DNA of 63,042 nucleotides, counting the filler, from Intoshia linei (taxonomy: Eukaryota; Animalia; Orthonectida), in NCBI GenBank assembly GCA_001642005.1. It is 5 parts of 5 records of this genome, joined end to end, with 100 filler letters (N's around TTAATTAATTAA, not from the genome) between each part and the next. Parts side by side here need not be neighbours in the genome. Positions count along the whole stretch, not along the records: positions 43,657 to 63,042 come from LWCA01000732.1; 4 more parts are not named here. One strand, written 5' to 3'. Each line of letters starts with the position of its first letter. The first letter of the stretch is position 1. The translations under genes were made by a program, and so were the position numbers. The notes below the pieces were generated by a model. That model made no database searches. It was not told the origin of the DNA and worked only from the letters and a program-made list of their open reading frames with translations. Positions 53,801 to 63,042 of the stretch are shown one piece after another.

Positions 53801-56800
53801 ATTTATTTTTGTATGTGACGATTTGGTGAATTGAAAAGTTTATAAATTACGCATTATGTATTTTGTATGTGAATAAAATTTACATTTTGGTATAATAAAG
53901 AATCTTCCATTATGCTAGTAAAGAATTCTATGGCAGTCATATTATCAAAATTGAAAAATTCTCGACTAAATACGTATTCGGAAGCAGAATTATCAAGAAA
54001 GCAGAATACATTGCTTCGAAAAATCACTTCGTCCAAATGCTAGTAATAATTGATAAAATATTGAATTTATACAAATAAAATTTTTTCAAATCTTTAAAAA
54101 TTATTTGTAAGACATCTAACAAAATAAAAACCTTGACATCTTGGTTAGGTTCCAAAATAATAACTGGAGAATCAATATCTTCTTGGAGTATAGAAAGTCT
54201 GTCACCAATGGAAAAAGCACCACCCTTAGATGGTGAATTTTTTACGTTAGTAAAAGGTGATTCTAAAAAAATATATAATAAATGGAATAAATAAAAAACT
54301 CTTCTTTGATGGGTCTACTCCCAATAAATCATTACTACTACATTGACTATCATACTAGAAAGTTTATATTAAAATTAATATTAATAATTAATAAATTTAA
54401 TTATGTGGAAAATAATAATTTCATCTTCAAATAAAAATATAATTTTCCACGTTGACTGAAACGTCAAACGGAGACTAACATGTATTAATTACCCTCATTT
54501 TGATCAATTTTCCAAAGTATGCTTTAAAATAGCTAAAATATATTTTGTTCATATTACTCCTATATTCGAATTCAACCTCCAAAGCATTCTTACTATCATG
54601 GTGGAATAAGAATTTATACAAATAACTAAAATGCACATTTTAATAGTTTATATCAGCAGATTCAAAATGTAGATCCTCGGATTCTGGTCCTCATGAAAAA
54701 GTTACCGGTTCACAGAAAAAAAATAAATAATGATTTATTAATCTTTACTTATACACGTACATTGTACAACGTAAAATATCTAAAATGTACGTCTGTTTAT
54801 TTTTCAGTTACCTTTTATTTGAAAAAAGCGGCGTCAAATTTTATAAAACACAAATCCTGAACAAAATTTTAAAACAGTAATGTTACCAAAACTCAATAAA
54901 ATTAAAATATATCTCAAAATGATAATAACAAAAATATATTTCAGTTCATCAACTTTAATTTATAGTGCCCAAATTTTCTAAACGCCAAGTTGAAAGCCCA
55001 TATTATAATTTAAAAAATCGACTGAAACTTATTCACATGTCAATAAAATTTTCCATCAATTTATCGCGGATGCCACTTGGGAAACATTGATTATGATGAA
55101 TATTAAATATAAATAATAATAAATGTACTTATATTTAATCAACTCCATTTGTTGTACACGAAAATTGGTCATAGGTTTTCTAAAACCAGAAAATTTGGTA
55201 ATTAAAAATTTTGATATTTTTGTAATCGCCTAATATATATAATTATATTTATTAATACATTTTAATTGGGTGTCTAATTAAATCCACTATTTTTACTAAA
55301 AATCAAAATTTACCAACCCTTTTGAAAAAATACCAATTTCACCAATATTTAAAGGATAAATCCAATTTTACCAAGTTTAAAATCAAAACATCAATTAAAG
55401 TTTTAACCTTTTCGGGGTGGTAAACCCGGATTTTTCGTTTTAGCGTTGGTAAAACTTGATTTTTCCCTTAACTATAGGTAATAGCGGAATTTTCCCTAAA
55501 GTTTAGGTAAAACTGATTTTTTCATTTTATAATTGGTAAGACTGAATTTTTACCTTAAGGGTTAATAAAACTGAATTTTTAGTAAAAATTGTTGGGTGTA
55601 AGAATATTCTCATTTTAATTTAATTTTCTTTCAAATTACTTTTTTCTTTAATGTTTTAAGAACATCAGTCATTTCAGAACTGCATTGAGCTTTGCGGTCG
55701 ATTAAAATGTTTAAATAATTTAATTTCATGTCTAAATCTTTTATATTATCCTGAAATCGAACTGATAAAACTTCATCCTCAAATATACACCTAAAATGAA
55801 AGGTACAGATTTTTTTTATTTGAAATGTTCCAAATTAAATAGATTCCATTATAATGATTATAATAAATAATTATTATTGTATTATTTTTCTACGATTATT
55901 AAAGATTTTAAAGATAATTTTGGGAACAAAATTTTGTGGGGCTTTTAAGGTAACATTTTTTCCACCATTTTTAAAAGATTTTGAAGATAATTTTGGGACC
56001 GAAATTTGAAGGGTTCTTAAGAGAAGTTTTTTTACGCAATTTTTAAAGATGCTAAAGATTCCATAAAATGTTAAAAATATCCCTTCAAAACTCTATAAAA
56101 TTTTGGTCATTATTATGAAACCTTGAAGAAACAACAAAAATATAGTCAAAAAATAAATATTATGATTAATTAACAAAATCGATAATTATGTCATTAAAAT
56201 GGATATTGCTTGACTGAATGTTTGCCGGGTGCGCCAATTAATGATAAAATTATAAATTTATTTTATTTATTGGATGTCAACAGCTAATGTCAATGATGTC
56301 ATACAAGGTAATGATCAATAATTTTCAAAAGGAATCTGCATAGATAAAATAAAAAGTAATAGTTTTTGACATAAAAACAAAAAATGATATAAATAATATA
56401 ATATACTTAATAGCATCTTCTTTCACAACAAAACAACTTAAAAATTCAGTCAAATGATATCTGGCATCCTGCCTATTTTTCATTTTCAAATCCAGCTTAC
56501 TAGATTGTGTTTGAAGTTTTGAAATATCGGATCGTAATTTTCCTAAATTATTTCGGAATCCAAATAAAATATTTTCAGTTTCCTAGAACAAATTTATTTT
56601 AAAAATTCAAATTACCTGTTAGAGAAAAACAAAAATTGCGCCACTCGTAATATGGCAACATTATCACATTGATAATGAAAATATATATTACCCATAGTAA
56701 ATAACAATAAAACACTAATAAATTGGCGCAAAAAAACTAGGTAACTAAAATATTACCTGGTTAGAATTAGAATTGTTTATATAAAGTAGTAATATTATTC

Positions 56801-57986
56801 ACAATGTCAATAAAAAATTAAATAATTAATTTATGCTTTAATTATTTTAATATTAAAATATACATGCAAAAAGTTATCGTATTGAACAAGCTGTTTGTGG
56901 AGTGTGATAATATTACGTGCCTCGTTAATGTCTACATGTGTAAATTAGTCTCATAGACAAGAGACAAAAATTACAATCCTTTATTGATATATTTTCAACG
57001 TCCTCCAATTCATTTTTTACTTTTTCAGAAAAATCTCGCAAATCATCTTCCTAAATTGTAATTATTAATACATATTTGTATATCATTATTTGTAATAAAT
57101 TTTTTATTAATTATAATTATATTATTTTTAGTATTGACTCTAATTATTCTTATGGTAAGCAACTATTATTTGTGTATCGGATAAAGTTCTGAACACGATC
57201 GTAACGAAGATTGTCGGTTCGAAACCAAAACTTCACAAATAGATGCAACACGATGAAAGGTACAAACATTAAATTTTAATTCAACGAACATGAATCTTAA
57301 AATCACTTCAACTCGAACCGAACACAAACTTAAGATCCTGCTTCAGACCGTGTTGTAGAACTCTAGTTTAAAGTTTATTTTAAAATATTCAGCCTTGCAG
57401 AGGACGCAAGCCTCACGTTGGGAATGGATTGTGTACCGATTAGGTCATAATTTTCTAAATTTTAATCTAAAATTAAAAGGACCTCAGTTTCGTATTTGTG
57501 AAAGAAATACTAATTAATTGAGTAAAATTATAAAAATAATTAAACTTTTTACACGAAAATGCAATAATTATCATTGGCATTAAGACCCTTAACCCTTGAT
57601 TTAGTAAATAATATGATAGCTAGTTAATTAATTAACAATATTAATTAATATAATTTTTTTGAAAGTTACATAATTTAAAACATCTTTCAACAAACTGCAA
57701 TCGACTTTCTCATTATCTGCTAAAAGATAAAAAATTTAAAAAAGATATTTTCTTACTTTCTTCATCCAATAAATTGAGAGATGTATCGATATTATGAGAA
57801 ATTACAATTTTGCTTAATTCTTCTTCCTATAATTTAAAAATTAAAGACAATTTAAATTAAAATAATCAACTCTGTGTAACTTACAATTACAATGTACTAA
57901 TTGTTAATCACAATACAATATACAATTGTACAATGTACATTAATTTTTATATTTTTTTAAATTTTAAAAAAATGTACCAATCCCAT
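50864..57986 (-). CDS. VPS52: GARP/EARP tethering complex subunit VPS52 (multi-exon)
   Basis: DLRDFSEKVKNELEDVENISIKDY, NIITLHKQL, FRNNLGKLRSDISKLQTQS, KPHYITRRFAE, LINNYEVIL, SFTNL, and terminal exon 51007-50864 YYHRFQ...ELVNIHNIMVEIKKFK. The ATG at 57986 is tentative. Confidence 0.93.
51036..51240. mobile_element. MITE with GAACCTACCGTACCGAG-type TIRs in VPS52 last intron
   Basis: CGAACCTACCGTACCGAG ... CTCGAATATGGTAGGTTCG inverted pair; solo ends at ~25960-25985 and ~34630-34655. Confidence 0.65.
51522..52005. repeat. ~30-bp minisatellite array (~16 units) in VPS52 intron
   Basis: Tandem GGTTGGTAAAA(C/T)T(A/G)GA(A/T)TTTT... units alternating between about 30 and 31 bp. Confidence 0.9.
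55280..55595. repeat. Inverted (foldback) arrangement of the ~30-bp minisatellite
   Basis: TTACCAA units followed by GGTAAAAC units, with outer TTTTTACTAAAAA / TTTTTAGTAAAAA inverted ends. Confidence 0.65.
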
Positions 57987-58166
57987 CTTGATATTTTATG
58001 TGAAAATTTTTATTAATTAATCAAAGGATCTAAATATTGCTGAATTCGTCATTATCAGATTTTAAAATCAATACAATTCTAAATGTATTATTGTAACTAA
58101 ACTACACACATTTATTTGTATATTGATGCTGATGTTATTTATTTTACCGCAATCTACATGTCAGGG

Positions 58167-58730
58167 CAGTGTTTCTCAACCTTTTATACTACGCGGAATC
58201 CTTATGAAATTTTAAAAAATCGTCCACCTAAAAGCATGATCCAAATTTTTTTCGCATGTCGCATATATAAAACAGTTTGATTTTTAATTAAAAAATTACG
58301 CTTCTAATATTGAAAACAAATTTTTTAATAAAGAAATTTATTTTTCCTTCTCAATGAGAAATTTGAGCATCCAGGCCCTTGAGAAATAAATTTTTAGTTA
58401 AATATCATTATAAAGAAATAAGTAACTTATTTAAATTATTTCAAGAGAGTTGGGGCAGTAAAAACCCACCTTTTTTACAATATTTCCCATAAAGATAATC
58501 TGAATTATTATAACTTTTTAACATCATTTTTCAGGTTTCCATACTCACAACGTATAATACTCTTATTAAAACTTATTTGATTTAAATTTGAGAAATGATG
58601 TTTTTTTATTGCATACAACAGTAATTTAGAAAAACTTTAAATTGAAAAATATCGCATTTATATTTCACGGAACCCCAATTAAATTTCGCGGAACCCCTGG
58701 GTTCCGCCGAACACGGGTTGAGAACCACTG
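58167..58730. mobile_element. hAT-type MITE
   Basis: TIRs CAGTGTTTCTCAACC / GGTTGAGAACCACTG; TSD TGTCAGGG / TGTCACGG; CGGAACCCC subterminal repeats. Confidence 0.88.
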
Positions 58731-58736
58731 TGTCAC

Positions 58737-59760
58737 GGTATACTGAACCGAAGCTACACTAGCCGAGACTTCTTTTCGGATCATCTATGAAATTTTTATA
58801 AAATGAGGGCCTCATTTTTCTAAAGTGAATAATTTTTAAAAAAATTATATTTTTTAATATCTAATGATTTAATGATTCGTAATTACTATAATTATTATAA
58901 TTGATAAAAATAAAAAAAAATAAATATTTCATCTCGGAACATTATATTATACGTAATACTTAAATATATATCACACAATATCATGAGTGAAATTTTTTTA
59001 AAATACCAAAAATTTTAGCATTTACTCATGATTAGTGATTAATTAGAAAAAAATTTATTTGTTTTACGTTGTTGAAGAAGTGTTTCAAAACACACATAAT
59101 ATTGATAGTTTCGTCTTTTAAATGCGTTCTACGTTTTGTAACGAAATTAGAAGCAGTAGAGAAATTTGTTTGATTTTGTGTTGACGTAGGTTGAACGGTC
59201 TAAGGGATCTTTTCATTTTAACAGTCTTGATGATAGCGTTCCAGTTCGTAACAACTTATGATATTTTTCCAAATAATATTAGAAAAAGAGGATAATTCCT
59301 TTAAGCGTTAGTAATTTATGGTTGAAATAAAAGGTTTTTTAAAAAAGTATTGGAAAAAGGATATCCATTAAGGGCTGGAAAATTAGATTTTATTATTTGT
59401 GGTTTGATAAAATTGATTTTTTTTATAAGATTTCGTAAAATCAGATTTTTGAAAAGAATATCGGTGTAAGACAAATTGCCATGGAGGCTTGAAATGGTAT
59501 TTTTGATTAAATTTTATTAGTGGTGGGATTTTTGAAATGTTAAATTTTAAATATTATAATATAATCATATTTTCATAGTAATAACAAACATAAATCAAAT
59601 ACAGGTATGTCTTAATTGTTTTTCAGGAAATCCCGGGAATTTTGTCCCGGTTTTTTTTCCGGCACAATCACTAGTTAGGGTATACTGAACCGAAGCTACA
59701 CTAGCCGAGACTCCTTCTCGGATCATCTACCAAATTTTTATAAAATGATGGCCTCATTTT
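58737..59760. repeat. ~80-bp direct duplication flanking a hAT remnant
   Basis: GGTATACTGAACCGAAGCTACACTAGCCGAGACT...GGCCTCATTTT at 58737-58819 and 59679-59760. Confidence 0.75.
59043..59673 (-). mobile_element. Deleted hAT element: terminus plus dimerisation-domain remnant
   Basis: TAGTGATTGTGCCG terminus at 59673. Minus-strand TVQPTSTQNQTNFSTASNFVTKRRTHLKDETINIMCVLKHFF resembles the hAT C-terminal PTS..SER.FS....TK.R..L motif. Confidence 0.7.
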
Positions 59761-60530
59761 GTATATGTCACTCAATATCATGAGTGAAATTTTTTTAAAA
59801 TATCAAAAAGTTTGGCATTGTAATATTTTAACTCATGATATTTTGTGCCCAATCAGGTTATTTAATGAACACTGGTAGGTATGATAAGTACAACATTTTA
59901 ATATTAGATAATTTTGACATAATTAGAAATTTTCTAACAGTATTTATTATTTTAGAATAGTAGTCCACCCTGATCATCGGGTCCATCGAATGTCCTATCC
60001 TTCTTCATATTTCTGGCTCACCTATTTCAGATGTTTGTTCCAATTTCTAAATTAGTAAATATAATGAAATCTGGGTTCAATTGAATGTTATTGATTGATT
60101 TGAATTTTTTTTAAATTTAATTAAAAAAATTTATCGCGGTACAATTTTAATTGTTTTCCTAATATATCGTATTAAATCATTATTAAATAAATGCTATTAT
60201 TAATGTAATTATAAATCCATTAAAAATAAATTCAAAGGCTCTATTTTAGTTTCACTATTTGACGTTTAAATTGTATTTAAATTTAATACAGACTGATTGA
60301 AATTTACAAATCAATTTTTCAATCATTTAAATAGCACATTAACTACTATAATTAAATGCATTCTGAAAATTCAGAACCATTTTTTTAAAAATTTAATGTT
60401 TGTGAGTTAATGTTAATTTGAATAACTTAAATTATATGTTTAATATACAAAATAACAACGAACAAATTGATAAATATAAATTCTAGGAAACATAGTAAAT
60501 ACTGTCGAAAAATATATAATACACGTTGTT

Positions 60531-61438
60531 ATGTCTGAAAATGGAAAATATGTACCCACAGATGAAGAACAATCTGAATTTTTGCTTTATGTAAGTTACG
60601 GAAATGAATTTGAAATAGACCATTATTTGAAAGTACAGTTTTTTAAAATGTCTGAACTGTTAATTTAAAATAGAAAGGAATTGATCCGGAAAAAATAAAA
60701 TCACCTGATGGCTGTACGGCCATGCACATTGCTTGTAAGTGCGGTTACCCTCAAATATTGGAAAAGTTACTAGAAATAATTAAAAATAAATCTCCACTAT
60801 CTAATAATGGAGCTACGCTTATGCACATTTCAGCATTTAATGGGGAAATTGAATGCATTAAAGTCCTAATCAATTATGGTAATGAAAATATTTATTATCT
60901 TATCAAATAATTATAATTACGTATCATTAAAATCAACAAATTAAAGGTTTGGAAAGTTTGTTGTGCCAAAATGATAATTATCAACAACAACCATTGCATT
61001 ATGCTTCTAAACGCAATCATCATCAAATTGTTAGCTTTATGTACGACAGAGGATTGGAACTTGACGTGTACATTTTATATTATAGTTTATGTAACACATT
61101 GTATATGCATTTATTAGTTTCGATTCTGAAGGAAATACCCCTCTTCATTATGCTGCAGAATCCGGGTGTAATACAAAAATCTAAAATAAATATTTAATAA
61201 TTAATATTTAGCTTTGCAATTTCTTGAAGCTTTATTAGATCGGTAAATTTATGATACAATTATTATATTAACATTACATTAAAACAGAGAATGTGACTAT
61301 TTTTTGAAAAACAAAAGAGGAGACACTGCTTTACATTTAGCTTGTTTACACGGTGAGTTAGAATGTGTGAAATATCTAATGGAAAACGGGGCAAATATTA
61401 AACAAAGGAATAAAAACAATAGAACCGGATTTCATTTG
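60531..61438 (+). CDS. Ankyrin-repeat protein, 3'-partial (continues beyond window)
   Basis: Consecutive repeats DGCTAMHIACKCG, NGATLMHISAFNG, QQPLHYASKRN, GNTPLHYAAESG, RGDTALHLACLHG, separated by short introns. An upstream exon is possible (open acceptor at 60486). Confidence 0.88.
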
Positions 61439-61554
61439 GTTATTTCATTCGTTAATAATTCTTACTTTAGTCATTTTCAACTTTTTTTATTAAAAATCTA
61501 TCTCAAAGGTTCTCAAATGCCGGTTCCAGGAAATTTGTGGTCGGTCGTTGTAGT

Positions 61555-63042
61555 ACTTTGTACTAAAATTTTGTAGAAAGTGATTTTAAATTTTTTGAAA
61601 ATAAGTACAAATGTAAATTTATTTGAGAATGAAAAAAATCCGAAGGAATCAATTATATAGATTTCCACCCATATTTCTTTATTGGAAATGTGTAGACGTT
61701 CAATGCACATTTTTTTTGAATTGTAGGAATATTTCCTTTTTCTTTTTAATTTTAATCCAACATTTAACAAATATTGGTTGATAAATAATAATAAAATATT
61801 AAAAATTATTTTTCACCGGGAATGCGTAGATTTCTGAGGTTTAAATTTTGTTTTTATATCAACTGGTATAATCTTTATCAGAATAATCTCTTTTTTTTAA
61901 TTTTACGACGTTATATTATTTCAAATTTTTTGTTTTAATAAAATAGTTTCAAAAAAAAATGAATACTAAAGTGCTTTTGAACATAATGGCGTCACTTTGT
62001 CAGATTGAAATTTTTTGAGTGTGTTAACTGGATATAACTGCATAATTTTGAAAGTTTTTTTAAATTCTAGGGCTGTTTTCATTTTAAACAAAAAGGGTAA
62101 TCTGGATTTTTGTCCGTGAAAATAATCTTTTTTGAGGTTTCCCTTGATAATACCGATGTACTTTTATTATTACATGGCAAATGTTATGGTTTTAAAAACT
62201 ATCCCAAAATTTATGTTTTATAAAATTTTATATTAAACTAGCTTGACAGTTTTGTACTACGTACAAACAGCACCTAGCTCTGCCCGAGGGCACTCTTTTA
62301 TTATACCAAATTAATAAATTCACGTTGAAAATCTAACTTAAAAATTCTACTATTAACTATTATCAATCCTTTGTTTTGTTTTGTTAACATTTGCGTAAAG
62401 AATTTAAAAACAATTGTTATCCCATTGTTTTAAAATATTAGACAGAATGTGTGTATAATATTAAAAATAAAGTAAAAACAGTCCAATCTTAAAAATTGTC
62501 ATAAATAGCATAAATTCCAGAAAAAATAAAATTATAAAAACATACTTTGTCATTTTCAATGTGATGACATCACTGATGACATTGATATTTAGTATCAATA
62601 CTTAAAAATACCAATTATGTATAAATAATTAATTGAATCTTCAGTCGAATTTTACCATTATTGCAAAGGATTGTAATATACAAATGAATGATGTTAAAAA
62701 TTTTTCAATACATTTGGCCTTTTTTTTCACCATTTTATGTTAAATTTGTAACAACTATCAATAAAAAAAATAACGTTTCAGTTAATATAAATTTTATTTT
62801 ATAAATTCGTTGTTGTAGTGTTAAAATTTGAAATTTAAAAATTGCGTAGCAATGAAAAAAATTTCGAAGGAATGAATTAGATAGATTTTCACCCATATGT
62901 CTTCATTGGAAATGTGTAAACGTATAATAAACATATTTTTGAAATAGTAGGATCAATATTTACATTTTCAATTTAATCGAAATGTTTTAAAAATATTGGT
63001 TGATAATATATTAAAAATTATTTTTCACCGGGAAGGCGTAGA
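61555..63042 (-). mobile_element. Two inverted Helitron-like repeat copies in ankyrin gene intron
   Basis: Reverse complements of the 22962-23905 and 33607-34265 family. The copy starting at 62238 has the CTAG|T terminus with a preceding hairpin. Confidence 0.65.

Noticed and set aside
59955-60050. GC-richer exon-like patch upstream of the ankyrin gene
   Set aside because: It could not be spliced into any consistent model on either strand.

Overview
Very AT-rich eukaryotic (animal) DNA with compact genes. Most introns are about 34-40 nt; a minority are expanded to 1-4 kb by transposon debris. The intron size and the neuropeptide type would fit a miniaturised lophotrochozoan such as an orthonectid, but that is an unverified inference. 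Four artificial 100-bp spacers (N...TTAATTAATTAA...N) split the window into five contigs, and several genes are truncated at them. Manual splicing gives: PIAS SUMO ligase; an orphan LxxLL + C4-zinc-finger gene; an Ig I-set gene; a pedal-peptide/orcokinin-B-like neuropeptide precursor; RPA2 head-to-head with RAD1 (partial); TMEM201 (partial); an eh1 + C2H2 zinc-finger transcription factor; ARHGAP39/Vilse (partial); a six-exon divergent Cdx-like homeobox gene; a NEK kinase; VPS52; and an ankyrin-repeat gene (partial). RAD1 and the homeobox gene are absent from the ORF track. Mobile DNA includes a DD41D Tc1/mariner, Ty3/gypsy pol, hAT remnants and MITEs, and a multicopy Helitron-like family, plus satellites. 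I found no rRNA, tRNA or CRISPR, and no clear-cut new multi-gene system. The best leads are the neuropeptide precursor, the RPA2/RAD1 divergent pair with a transposon-derived poison micro-exon, and the hidden homeobox gene.
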